Positions 1 to 8,417 of a DNA stretch of 37,594 nt are shown here, in pieces (the stretch's first letter is position 1; the number at the start of each line of letters is the position of its first letter). Both the position numbers and the translations under genes were made by a program. Source of the DNA: a virus (taxonomy: Duplodnaviria; Caudoviricetes); the IMG/VR virus record IMGVR_UViG_3300048858_000142, positions 1 to 37,594 of that record, one strand, 5' to 3'. The notes below the pieces were generated by a model that saw nothing but the letters and a program-made list of their open reading frames with translations, was not told where the DNA came from and made no database searches.

Positions 1-288
1 TCACTTCTGCTCCCCCTGGCTCATCTCCCGGGCCAGTAGCAACAGCGCCTTCCGCTTGTTGGCGGGCAGCCCGTCCCAGTGCCGCAGAAGTTCCATCCGG
101 CCGAGCTGACCTGCGCTGGGCGGCCACTCAAGCGCCTTATCGATCATCTTCCCAACCTCGCGCGCTGCCGGGTGCTGGATCACCTCGTGGAGGGCATCTG
201 CAGCACCGGGGCCGTCCGGGTCGTCGTCTGGGGAACCGGGAGGCAAGGTCATTCCGGCAATGGTCGCCCGGCTCGGGAGTTCCCGCAA
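1..288 (-). CDS. Hypothetical protein downstream of repressor (start uncertain: TTG 288 or ATG 252)
   Basis: ORF follows the repressor by 8 bp; C-terminal ELLRHWDGLPANKRKALLLLAREM resembles the helical C-terminal segment of small XRE regulators. Confidence 0.55.
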   Translation of the reverse strand: MRELPSRATIAGMTLPPGSPDDDPDGPGAADALHEVIQHPAAREVGKMIDKALEWPPSAGQLGRMELLRHWDGLPANKRKALLLLAREMSQGEQK

Positions 289-296
289 TGGGCGAG

Positions 297-611
297 TTAC
301 TGCCGCCGTAGCTCCGGATGCTCCCGCACCAGTGCTGCCTCCACTTCCCGGCTGAGACCCATGAGAAGCCCGCGATAAATCCAGTCCAGGGACACTCCGT
401 AGAGGTCGCAGAAGCCCGCCATGATGTAGGGCGGGGGTAGGCGGGTACCGGCCTCGTACTTACTCCAGCTCGCCTGATTGCCGCCGAGGCGCCGCGCGCA
501 CTCGGACTGGCTGACGCCAATCGCCTCGCGCGCCCATGCAAGACGGCGCCCAACCTCACGGTTGAAGGCCTCCATCGGCTCGTCAGCCACGATCTCAGGG
601 CGCCTGGGCAT
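297..611 (-). CDS. XRE/Cro-C1 HTH phage repressor (CI-like, no S24 peptidase domain)
   Basis: GRRLAWAREAIGVSQSECARRLG..QASWSKYEAGTRLP...FCDLYGVSLDWIYRG is an HTH_3 pattern; divergent from Cro-like gene. Confidence 0.88.
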   Translation of the reverse strand: MPRRPEIVADEPMEAFNREVGRRLAWAREAIGVSQSECARRLGGNQASWSKYEAGTRLPPPYIMAGFCDLYGVSLDWIYRGLLMGLSREVEAALVREHPELRRQ

Positions 612-633
612 GTGTTCCCGCTCTTAGCTCAGT

Positions 634-719
634 GATGACGTATTGCCCACGTCCCCCAGCTACACGTCCGAACGGCCATATGCCTTATTGCCATATTATG
701 CCGTATTGTCATAATATGG
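634..719. promoter_or_regulatory. Immunity switch: three 17-bp operator-like sites and putative PR promoter
   Basis: TATGCCTTATTGCCATA (679-695), TATGCCGTATTGTCATA (697-713), degenerate GATGACGTATTGCCCAC (634-650); perfect 10-bp IR CCATATTATG/CATAATATGG (691-700/710-719); TTGCCA-N16-CATAAT (688-715). Confidence 0.75.
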
Positions 720-723
720 GCTC

Positions 724-966
724 ATGACCCCGACTGAGATCGTGGCCGCCCTTGGTGGCCCTACCGCCATTGCCCGCCCCCTCGGCATTCGCCCCGACAC
801 GGTCTGCCGCTGGCGCAACCGGGGCGGCATTCCCTGCGAGTACTGGGCGCGGCTGGTGGATCTTGCGAAGGCGAAGCGCGTGACCGTCATCACGCTCGAG
901 ATGCTTGCCCTGCACCGGACAAAGCCCCCGCGCGGTGGGCGGCGCGTCAGGGCCGAAGCTGCCTGA
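724..966 (+). CDS. Cro-like HTH protein
   Basis: EIVAALGGPTAIARPLGIRPDTVCRWRNRGGIP is a typical Cro/YdaS-type HTH; divergent from repressor. Confidence 0.85.
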   Translation: MTPTEIVAALGGPTAIARPLGIRPDTVCRWRNRGGIPCEYWARLVDLAKAKRVTVITLEMLALHRTKPPRGGRRVRAEAA

Positions 967-1252
967 TGAGCGCCCGACATTCGGCCCGATCCACCCGGGC
1001 GCCAACCCATCCCATGCCCGGATGCATGACCGAGACGAGGCTCCCCTCGTCCTCACGCTGGATGTGCACGCCGGTGCCGAGCGCGATCCGTGATCCCGGC
1101 AACATCGTGGCGAAGCGTCGCGGCAGCATTGCTGCCCGGCATGCCGCCACCTGCCAGAGCAGGTCCTCCAGTGCGGCGGCGCCGAAGCGCACATCTCCGA
1201 CCTTCGCCCAGTGTCCGTCGTCGCTGACCAGGCAAGTCAGAGCACCCTCCAC
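947..1252 (-). CDS. Hypothetical protein, antisense to early operon
   Basis: Globular-looking sequence (SVMHPGMGWVG); starts 3 bp after the stop of the upstream minus-strand ORF. Confidence 0.55.
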   Translation of the reverse strand: MEGALTCLVSDDGHWAKVGDVRFGAAALEDLLWQVAACRAAMLPRRFATMLPGSRIALGTGVHIQREDEGSLVSVMHPGMGWVGARVDRAECRALIRQLRP

Positions 1253-1255
1253 CGC

Positions 1256-1504
1256 TCAGGCCTCCTCGTCTGCCGGCCCGAGCAGCATCTGCGCTAGGCC
1301 GTCGATCATTCCCCGCGCCATCGCCTCGGCGATCGGATCCGCATGGATCGGCGGTTCGGACATCAGCAGCGACGCCACCTCGTGCGCGTCCACCACATCT
1401 GCGTCGTGCAATGCGAGGATCACCGAGGCCATCACCACCGTCACCGCCGCGCTCTGCGCGACGTACATGACGGCATCGAGCTGCGGGCCTCGCACGACGC
1501 GCAT
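1256..1504 (-). CDS. Hypothetical protein with hydrophobic N-terminal segment
   Basis: ATG at 1504 with purine-rich SD-like AAGGGG upstream; hydrophobic stretch AAVTVVMASVILAL. Confidence 0.5.
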   Translation of the reverse strand: MRVVRGPQLDAVMYVAQSAAVTVVMASVILALHDADVVDAHEVASLLMSEPPIHADPIAEAMARGMIDGLAQMLLGPADEEA

Positions 1505-1662
1505 TCGCTTGGCCCCTTTCACGCGGCCCCTGCCTGCGCCCCGGCGGCACTCGCTCCTGTGGGGCCAAGGCTCCCTAAAGATCGTGCGGCGTCGCTGTCG
1601 ATGACCATGCCCGCACCGTGCCCTGCCCCCAGTCACCGCGTCATCTGGAGCCTTTCCAGCCG

Positions 1663-2145
1663 ATGAGCCCGACCGATCCGAACCGCGCCCTCAAGGTCCT
1701 CACGAGGGAACTCGTCGAGCGTGCAGGTGGGCTCGACGCCGCCGGCGTCTGCACCCGTGTGAAGAAGAGCAGCCTCAGCAATTACGCCAACGTTCACCAG
1801 CCGGAAGCCTTCGTGCCGGTCGACGTCGTTGCACGCCTCGAGGAGATCGCGGGCGAGCCTCTGCTGACCCGGGAACTGGCGCGGCGCGCACGCTGCGCAT
1901 TGGTGCCGATCGAGCCGGTGACGGAGGGTGAGCTGTCCCTTCTCCTCGCCAAGGTTGGGGCAGAGAGCGGCGCCGTCTTCAGTGCCTATGCCGAAGCCAT
2001 GTCGGACGACGGCCGAGTGGATGCGCCGGAGCGAGCCGAGATCGCCCGCGAACTCGCCGATTTGGTCCGGGCCGCCACGGCAGCCCTGGGCCACCTGCAG
2101 GCACCACCGGCGTCAGTTGGGCAGGGCGATCGGAGCGCAGCATGA
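1663..2145 (+). CDS. Phage regulatory CII-family protein
   Basis: ALK..TRELVE.AGG.DAAG...RV.KS.LS.Y...VPVDVV..LE...G.P..TR.LA pattern of alphaproteobacterial prophage CII-like proteins; GGAG upstream of ATG 1663. Confidence 0.75.
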   Translation: MSPTDPNRALKVLTRELVERAGGLDAAGVCTRVKKSSLSNYANVHQPEAFVPVDVVARLEEIAGEPLLTRELARRARCALVPIEPVTEGELSLLLAKVGAESGAVFSAYAEAMSDDGRVDAPERAEIARELADLVRAATAALGHLQAPPASVGQGDRSAA

Positions 2146-2417
2146 CACCTCTGGAAACAGCCCTCGCCGCCGGCTGCTCCTACCGTCAAGCCGCGGCCGT
2201 CCTCGGCATCTCGAGGGACGCGGCGCGGATGCGGGCGAAGCGGGCAGGGCTGAAGCCGATCCATCGGGCCAGGCAGCCCAACCCAGAGACTGCGCGGCGC
2301 ATCGCAACAGCGCACGCGATGCGAGTGCAGGGGCATTCACCGGATGAGATCAGCGAGCGGCTCGGCATGACGGCCGCGGCCGTGCGGGTGATGCTCAGGC
2401 GAGCGGGGGCTGCGTGA
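2142..2417 (+). CDS. Small double-HTH DNA-binding protein
   Basis: Two HTH-like segments (GCSYRQAAAVLGISRDAAR; GHSPDEISERLGMTAAAVR); ATGA and GTGA overlaps with neighbours. Confidence 0.65.
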   Translation: MTPLETALAAGCSYRQAAAVLGISRDAARMRAKRAGLKPIHRARQPNPETARRIATAHAMRVQGHSPDEISERLGMTAAAVRVMLRRAGAA

Positions 2418-5158
2418 CTGACAGGCTGGAACCCTCCGAGCCCGCGATCGCCCGCTTCGTGGACGCTCTCTTCCGCTATGCGGATCCCGAGACCTTCGTG
2501 TCGCTACGGGCTTTCGACCAGTTTCGGCGCGACGTTCCGCCTGTCCTGATCGAAGGCGTGCAGGTGGGCGAGGACGTGGCTGGCGTTGTCTACCGCGCCG
2601 TCAGGGCTGCGGGAAACACCGCCAACCGGCCTGAACCAGTCGTGTTCGCGCCACCCGTGGCGACGTTCCGCGGCGACCGCAAGGCCAGCATGGCCGAAAT
2701 GGCCAACGGCGTGGCGCTTTCGGTCGAGATGGATGCGGGCGATCCACAGCGTGCCCTGGCGCAGCTGGCCTTCCTGATCGGCCCGCCGACGGTCGTCGTC
2801 GCCTCGGGCGGGGAGTGGACGAACCCTGATACCGGCGAGGTCTTCCAGAAGCAGCACTTCCACTGGCGCCTCACTGAACCCACGCGTACCGAAGCGGAGC
2901 ACCGTCGCCTCCAGGCCGCGCGCGAGATGGCTGCGGCGCTCGTTGGGGCGGATCCGACAGCAGCTCCGCCGTGCCACCCCTTGCGCTGGCCGGGCTCGTG
3001 GAACCGCAAGCGCAATCCGAAGCTCGCTGACATCATCGGTGGGGACGACACCGCCGAGATCGACCTGCAGGAGGCCTGTGACCGCTTGGAGGAGGCGGTG
3101 GAGGCTGCTGGCCTCCGTGGGATGGACGAGGGCTCCCGGGCATCGGGCGAGCCGCAGGCGGCGATCGATCTGATCATCTCGGCGCTCGCGGCCATCCCGA
3201 ACGAGGATCTTCACTGGGATGACTGGACCAAGATGGGGCTCGCCATGTGGCGCGCTACAGGCGGCTCGGCCGAGGGGCTGAACGCTTGGGCAGACTGGTC
3301 CGCGAAGTCGAAGAAGCACGAGGACCAGGCCTGCGTCGACCGGTGGAAGCACTTCGCTGCCCACCCTCCCAGCAGGATCGGCGCCGGCAGCATCTTCTTC
3401 CGCGCCAAGGCTCTTGGATGGCAGCGGCCGATCCGAGCCGGCCAGAGCACCAAGGCCGGTCCGGACGACTATGAGGTGCCACCCTACACCGAGGAGGACA
3501 TTCGCGACCCGGGGGAGCCTCAGCCAGAGCCTGGGTTTCGTCCTCCGCCTCCTGGTGAGGAGACCGCAAGCCGACAGCGCAGAGCCCGCGGCGAGCCAGC
3601 GCAGATCGCATGGCAGTCTCCCATCGACTTCCTTGCGGATGACGAGGAGACCGGCGTTCCGGAGCTGCGGCCGCACCATCTGCCAGAGGCGCTTTGGGGC
3701 TTCGTGCAGGATACCGCGGAGCGCATGGGCGTGGACCCCGCCTCGGTGGCGCTGACGGCGATCGTCACATGCGCCTCCATCATTAGCGATGACTGGGAAA
3801 TCCAGCCGAAGCGCTTCGATGATGAGTGGACCGAGAACCCACGCCTCTGGGGCGGGATCGTCGGTGATCCTTCCGTCCTGAAGTCGCCAGTCCTGAAGGC
3901 CTGCACGAAGCCGATCGACAAGATCGAGATGAGGGCACGGAAAGCTCACGAGGAGGCCCTGGAGCGGTACAAGGTCCAGCACAAGGAGTGGAAGGACGCC
4001 AAGGGTTCGCCAGCCGACGAGCCGAGGAAGCCGCGGGCAGTCCGGTATCTCGTCGGGGATACCACCGTGGAGAAGCTGGGCGAGCTCCTGAGGACGGACG
4101 GCGAGGCGCAGTATCGGGCGCCGGCCCGGAAGGTTCTGGTTCGCTCGGATGAGCTTGCCGAGCTGCTGGGGAGCTTCGACCGCTACAAGAGCGGCGGCAG
4201 CGGAAGCAGCGACCGGGGCGCCTATCTCCGTCTCTACAACGGCGGGCCGCACCCTATCGATCGCATTGGGCGGGGCTCCTTCACTGTCCCTAACTGGTCA
4301 GCCTGCATCATCGGCGGCATCCAGCCCGACGTGTTCAAGGCCATCGCCACGAATACAAAGGAAGACGGGCTCATGCAGCGGTTCATGTTCTGCGTGCCTG
4401 GCCCGACAGGCGAGGGGCAGGACCGCACCCCGAATGCCTCGGCTGTGAAGCGGTACGAGGCGCTGCTGGAGGCCCTTGCGGCCTTGGAGCCGCCTCGGTC
4501 TGCCCTGGGCAGCACCCTGCCCTCGGTGGTGCTGCACGAGGCGGCGCATGTCCATCGTGAGAGCATCCGCGACCTCGTCCGCGCCCTGAGCGGCATGCCT
4601 GACGTCCCTGGGCGCCTGAAGGCAGCATACGGGAAGTGGTCAGGCCTCTTCGCCCGGCTGGCCCTGACCTTCCACCTGATCGAGGCGGCGGACACCACGG
4701 TTCGGACAGGGCAGCGCCCGCGAACCCAGATCCTCGGCGAGGAGACGGCCGGCCGGGTGGCTGCCTACATGGAGGAGATCCTCCTCCCGCATCTGCTGCG
4801 CGCCGATGCCGTCATCTACACGACGCAGCAGGCCGCGCATGCTCAGTGGATCGCCAAGTTCATCATGGCGCAGGGCAAGGAGCGGATCACGGTTCGTGAC
4901 ATCATGCGGTCCTACAAGGCGCTGAAGGCACCGGAACAACGCCGAGAACTCGCTGCAGCGATGGAGAACCTGGTCTCCATGGCGTGGCTCCTGCCGGAGC
5001 AGCCTGACACCCCGGCGGCATCCCAAACTGCCTGGATCGTCAACCCGTTGGTGCTCAAGCGCTTCGCGGATCGCGGCCGGGCGGAGCGCGAGCGCCGGGC
5101 GAAGGTGCGCGAGAAGATGGGTGAGCTGATCCGCAACCGCGTGCGGAGGGGTGTCTGA
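2414..5158 (+). CDS. Replication protein: RepB'-type AEP primase + PriCT-2 + DUF3987 (YfjI-like) P-loop domain
   Basis: PPTVVVASGG/HFHWRLTEP/LRWPGSWNRK primase motifs; ALAAIPNEDLHWDDWTKMGLA...WADWS..S.K...W..F PriCT-2; GDPSVLKSP Walker A-like, LVRSDE Walker B-like, IIGGIQPD and DGLMQRF DUF3987 motifs. Confidence 0.85.
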   Translation: MTDRLEPSEPAIARFVDALFRYADPETFVSLRAFDQFRRDVPPVLIEGVQVGEDVAGVVYRAVRAAGNTANRPEPVVFAPPVATFRGDRKASMAEMANGVALSVEMDAGDPQRALAQLAFLIGPPTVVVASGGEWTNPDTGEVFQKQHFHWRLTEPTRTEAEHRRLQAAREMAAALVGADPTAAPPCHPLRWPGSWNRKRNPKLADIIGGDDTAEIDLQEACDRLEEAVEAAGLRGMDEGSRASGEPQAAIDLIISALAAIPNEDLHWDDWTKMGLAMWRATGGSAEGLNAWADWSAKSKKHEDQACVDRWKHFAAHPPSRIGAGSIFFRAKALGWQRPIRAGQSTKAGPDDYEVPPYTEEDIRDPGEPQPEPGFRPPPPGEETASRQRRARGEPAQIAWQSPIDFLADDEETGVPELRPHHLPEALWGFVQDTAERMGVDPASVALTAIVTCASIISDDWEIQPKRFDDEWTENPRLWGGIVGDPSVLKSPVLKACTKPIDKIEMRARKAHEEALERYKVQHKEWKDAKGSPADEPRKPRAVRYLVGDTTVEKLGELLRTDGEAQYRAPARKVLVRSDELAELLGSFDRYKSGGSGSSDRGAYLRLYNGGPHPIDRIGRGSFTVPNWSACIIGGIQPDVFKAIATNTKEDGLMQRFMFCVPGPTGEGQDRTPNASAVKRYEALLEALAALEPPRSALGSTLPSVVLHEAAHVHRESIRDLVRALSGMPDVPGRLKAAYGKWSGLFARLALTFHLIEAADTTVRTGQRPRTQILGEETAGRVAAYMEEILLPHLLRADAVIYTTQQAAHAQWIAKFIMAQGKERITVRDIMRSYKALKAPEQRRELAAAMENLVSMAWLLPEQPDTPAASQTAWIVNPLVLKRFADRGRAERERRAKVREKMGELIRNRVRRGV

Positions 5159-5378
5159 TGTCGACCTTGTCACTGGGGGTATTCGGCATGGTCGACAAAA
5201 GCGCCATGTCGAAGGCCTTGGGAAACCCCAATTTTCAACGGCGGGGCGTGGCCTGCGTGAAGATGTCGACCTTGTCGCCTCGTTGCGTGAGGGAGAAGGC
5301 GTTTTTACCTTCCTTCCTTCTCTCTCCCCGACAGTATCTTTATTCGACCCCCCCTTTCCTTAGCGACAAAGGCGACAT
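5157..5378. repeat. Putative replication origin: TGTC-N5-TGTC iterons around a pyrimidine-rich tract
   Basis: GATGTCGACCTTGTC at 5157-5171 and 5262-5276; inverted imperfect copies GACAAAAGCGCCAT (5194-5207) and GACAAAGGCGACAT (5365-5378); C/T-rich tract about 5302-5361; directly after the primase gene. Confidence 0.6.
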
Positions 5379-5393
5379 GCGCGGGAGGGTCGG

Positions 5394-5699
5394 ATGAAGA
5401 CCCTTCTGCCGCCAGATGGCTGGCCGACCGTTTTGACCGACGGCCGAGTGAGGACGCTGCGCTGGCATCGAGGCTCTGCCGCGGTCGGTGCCGCCGTCGT
5501 GCACCACCTCGTCAGTTCAGCTCTGGCGACGCCCCGGGGGATCGGCTGGCTCACGCAGAAGAATTGCGCCGTGGAAATGCTTTTCCTTTCCGGCCGGGCG
5601 CGCCCGGGGGCGGGAAAGGTGGCAAGCGCCTTGGTCGATCAGGCCCGGCAAACGGTTCGAGAGGCTCGCGAGGCCCGTAAGGTGGAGACGAATGCATGA
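5394..5699 (+). CDS. Hypothetical protein
   Basis: GGAGG upstream; ATGA overlap with next gene. Confidence 0.5.
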   Translation: MKTLLPPDGWPTVLTDGRVRTLRWHRGSAAVGAAVVHHLVSSALATPRGIGWLTQKNCAVEMLFLSGRARPGAGKVASALVDQARQTVREAREARKVETNA

Positions 5700-6082
5700 G
5701 CGCCCAGATGATCGCGGCCTGCCTCGGCAGGTACCGTCAGCACTGCATTGCGCAGGACGAAGAGGAGGCCCGGAAGAGGGCAGCGGGTGAGCCCCGGGAG
5801 CGCTTCCAGGTGCTGACCATCGCCGAGCTTTGCCGCGAGCGGAGCCCTGAGGAGCGGATTGCGGACATCCTGAAGGACCCCGTTCGCTCCGCCTTGAAGG
5901 GCTACGTCCGCGAGCGTGGCTGGAAGCTCTGGTTCAAGGGCGGGACTGAAGCCATGCAGAAGGTGTCGGACAAGGTCGAGGACCTCTGCCCGAACTTCCC
6001 GACGTTCGCAGGCGCCACCCTCGACAAGTGGTGGGACGGCATTGGGAACCTGGACGATCCGAAGGGGATGTGGGTGGCATGA
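5696..6082 (+). CDS. Hypothetical protein
   Basis: ATGA overlaps at both ends; GC3-rich codons; LDKWWDGIG C-terminal motif. Confidence 0.7.
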   Translation: MSAQMIAACLGRYRQHCIAQDEEEARKRAAGEPRERFQVLTIAELCRERSPEERIADILKDPVRSALKGYVRERGWKLWFKGGTEAMQKVSDKVEDLCPNFPTFAGATLDKWWDGIGNLDDPKGMWVA

Positions 6083-6597
6083 CGATGGAACCGAAGACCT
6101 TGGACCAGATCCAGGCAGACCCGAGGGCGGTGATCCAGGCGGGACTGGAGTGGCACCCGGACCTCTGGTGGGGTGGGTTGTTCGACTGGCGCTTCGAGCG
6201 GAAGCGGGTAATGGCAGACGGCACGACGCCGGAGCAGCGCCTAGCCATGCGCCGTGAGGCCACGCTGGACGAGCGAGGCGTGGGGCAGCTCTTGCGTGCG
6301 GCCGAGTTCATCGCCTGGGCACCGCGGATCAAGAGCTTGAACCGGGGGCGTGGCACCTACGGCTGGAAGCATGTCGCCGAGCGCTTCCACAAGATCGAGC
6401 GGCCTGGGGCCGACTACTACGTAGGAGAGGGTGCCTTCATCATCGCGGCCAGGGCTATGGGCCTCTCGATCGCCCCGACAGGCCACGGCCACTACTACGT
6501 TAACCTCAGCGAGAAAGTGGCGAAGGAGATCAATAAGCGGAAGCAGGAGTGGGAGCGGCAGAACTGGGGCCGCGCGGCGGGCCAGGTGGCGGCGTGA
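6079..6597 (+). CDS. Hypothetical phage protein, probable DNA-binding ([ST]YGxKHxxE...YV..GAFI.AA motif)
   Basis: TYGWKHVAERF...YYVGEGAFIIAARAMG; coupled by ATGA/GTGA overlaps. Confidence 0.7.
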   Translation: MTMEPKTLDQIQADPRAVIQAGLEWHPDLWWGGLFDWRFERKRVMADGTTPEQRLAMRREATLDERGVGQLLRAAEFIAWAPRIKSLNRGRGTYGWKHVAERFHKIERPGADYYVGEGAFIIAARAMGLSIAPTGHGHYYVNLSEKVAKEINKRKQEWERQNWGRAAGQVAA

Positions 6598-7298
6598 GCC
6601 ACATCGACCCCGCAGTCGGAGGGCAGATCCGGCAGCGCATCTCCGAAGCGGAGACCTCCCGCCGCGCGCGGGAGCGTGCCCGGGCCGAGGGGATCGCCGT
6701 GCCCGATCCGCACCCTGGTGCAGTCGATCCCCGGGACCAAGGCCCAGATGTCGGTCCCGCACACCAGTACCGGGCCCCAGCCAGGCTGGAGACGGTGTAT
6801 GCCGTGGACCCATCCCAGCCGACCGGCCCACGCATCCGCCGAGCGCGCACCAAAGACCCGCTGCGGCGGATGGTGAAGGTCAGCGCTATCGACTACCGAC
6901 TGTACGTGGCGGCCGACAGCTTCCGCCAGGACCTGGAGCGCGCCGAAGGGGGGAAGGACATGGGCGAGGCGCTGGCCCGCGCCCTGTCCCGTGCAGCCAC
7001 AGAGACGCCGTCTCCGGCGCCGAGCCCGTGGCAACGCAGCAACCACATGGCGCCAGGACAGTGGGTGGCGCAGCGGCGCGTGCAGCGCGCTTGGCGCGAG
7101 GCTATCGGGCTGGTGGCCGCAGGCGTCTTCCACTGGGTGGTCGTGAGCTGCGGGACGCTCGCCGATTACACGACCTGCAAGGGCATCCGCAAAGGCGAGG
7201 CGGCAAAGACCCTGAAGGATGCCTTGGAGCGACTGGCGGATTTCTACGCGGTTGGGGACGTGCAGCCTCCGCCAGGATGGATTGAAGAAGCCGCTTGA
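6594..7298 (+). CDS. Putative late-gene regulator/antiterminator (DUF6456-like, Q position)
   Basis: DPL.RM.....ID...Y.AAD.FR.D.E.A N-terminal block and C-terminal LKDALERLADFY; last early gene, followed by promoter and terminator. Confidence 0.65.
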   Translation: MSHIDPAVGGQIRQRISEAETSRRARERARAEGIAVPDPHPGAVDPRDQGPDVGPAHQYRAPARLETVYAVDPSQPTGPRIRRARTKDPLRRMVKVSAIDYRLYVAADSFRQDLERAEGGKDMGEALARALSRAATETPSPAPSPWQRSNHMAPGQWVAQRRVQRAWREAIGLVAAGVFHWVVVSCGTLADYTTCKGIRKGEAAKTLKDALERLADFYAVGDVQPPPGWIEEAA

Positions 7299-7334
7299 CA
7301 CCGGGGGATCAAACGGGGCAGAAATCGCTACACT
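7295..7334 (+). promoter_or_regulatory. Putative late promoter (pR'-like)
   Basis: Perfect TTGACA at 7295-7300, weak -10 CAGAAA at 7319-7324, second -10-like hexamer TACACT at 7329-7334. Confidence 0.5.
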
Positions 7335-7347
7335 TCTCCGAAGTTAT

Positions 7348-7382
7348 GCCCCGCCGGCCCTGACGCGCGGGGCTTCGTCTTT
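7348..7382 (+). terminator. Rho-independent terminator (tR'-like)
   Basis: GCCCCGC...GCGGGGC stem followed by TTCGTCTTT. Confidence 0.6.
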
Positions 7383-7424
7383 CCGGGCTTCTGTCATCAG
7401 CGGTGCGGACAATCGGGAGGGGGC

Positions 7425-7727
7425 ATGGCTGTCCGTGTCGCCGAAGACCGCTCGCTCGCTGTTCGCCCTGGTCAGATCGTCCGAACCTCATGGGTGGACA
7501 TAGACCTCTGTCGGCTTGGCAACCGGGCGCGGATGAGCCCCGAGGCTGTCGAGAAGAAGTTCCGGCGCCTGCTCAACATAGGCGACTGCGCCCCCTGGCC
7601 TCCGGTCGTGGGGCATTGGGAGGGCGAGCGTTTCACCGTCTGCGACGTTCGCCACGACTACCTGGCCAGCCTCATGATCGGTCGGGACAAGCTCTTCGTC
7701 TGCTGGCTGGAGGAGGCGAGCGCATGA
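7425..7727 (+). CDS. ParB/Srx-like N-terminal domain protein (degenerate motif)
   Basis: PPVVG....RFTVCDVRHDYLASLMIG resembles the ParB-N PPI.V....IIDG.HR..A...LG motif; strong SD GGGAGG. Confidence 0.55.
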   Translation: MAVRVAEDRSLAVRPGQIVRTSWVDIDLCRLGNRARMSPEAVEKKFRRLLNIGDCAPWPPVVGHWEGERFTVCDVRHDYLASLMIGRDKLFVCWLEEASA

Positions 7728-8320
7728 TCCACATCAGCGTCCGCCATGACTTCGACCGCCTCTCTCGCACCCTGGACAACTTCAGCCGGAAGCAACTCCC
7801 CTTCGCTGCCGCGAGGGCGCTGACGACCATCGCGCGCGAAGCCGGCAACGATGTGACGCGCGGGCTGTCCGAGGATCTCGATCGCCCCACGCCCTTCACG
7901 AAGAAGGCAGTGGCCGTCCTCCCGGCACGCAAGACCGACCTTCGCGCCGTGGTGCTCATCAAGGACAGGCAGGCACAGTATCTCGGCTACCAGATCCGCG
8001 GTGGCCAGCGTGAGCCGAAGGGCAAGGCACTGGTCCTACCCGCAGGCATCAGGCTCAACCAGTTCGGCAATATCCCACGCCATGGCCTGGCGCGCGCGAA
8101 GGCGAACAAGGACACCTTCGTCGGCGTGGTGAAGGGCGTGGGCGGCTTCTGGCAGCGCACCAAGGGCGGCGGGCTCAAGCTGCTCGCAGCCTTCATACCG
8201 CAGGCCACCTACAAGCCAATCCTCGGCTTCGAGGCGCGCGTGGAGCGGGTTGTGCGTGCCGAGTTCCCGCGGCGGCTGCGCTTCGCCCTGGTCGAGGCGC
8301 TGAAAACGGCACGTCGATGA
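7724..8320 (+). CDS. Putative tail-completion/virion morphogenesis protein (lambda gpZ/Mu gpG-like)
   Basis: KQLPFAAARALT..A......LDRPTPFT basic protein typical of this class, often found upstream of terminase. Confidence 0.6.
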   Translation: MIHISVRHDFDRLSRTLDNFSRKQLPFAAARALTTIAREAGNDVTRGLSEDLDRPTPFTKKAVAVLPARKTDLRAVVLIKDRQAQYLGYQIRGGQREPKGKALVLPAGIRLNQFGNIPRHGLARAKANKDTFVGVVKGVGGFWQRTKGGGLKLLAAFIPQATYKPILGFEARVERVVRAEFPRRLRFALVEALKTARR

Positions 8321-8341
8321 CCGATTGCGCTTGACTTTCGC

Positions 8342-8383
8342 GGGTCCTTACCGGGGCCCCGGCCCCACACGGGGTATTCGCGA
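8342..8383 (+). other. Putative cos site (cosQ + cosN)
   Basis: GGGTCCT (identical to lambda cosQ) at 8342-8348, then 23 nt ending ACG, then GGG, mirroring the lambda cos junction; upstream of the small terminase. Confidence 0.7.
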
Positions 8384-8417
8384 CCGCATGTGTTTTCTAG
8401 CTGAGGTCCTCTGAAAG

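Noticed and set aside
2504-4252. 582-aa minus-strand ORF (also 8965-10755, 13848-15479, 18679-20283 and similar)
   Set aside because: Antisense shadows of well-supported genes in GC-rich DNA; no motifs.
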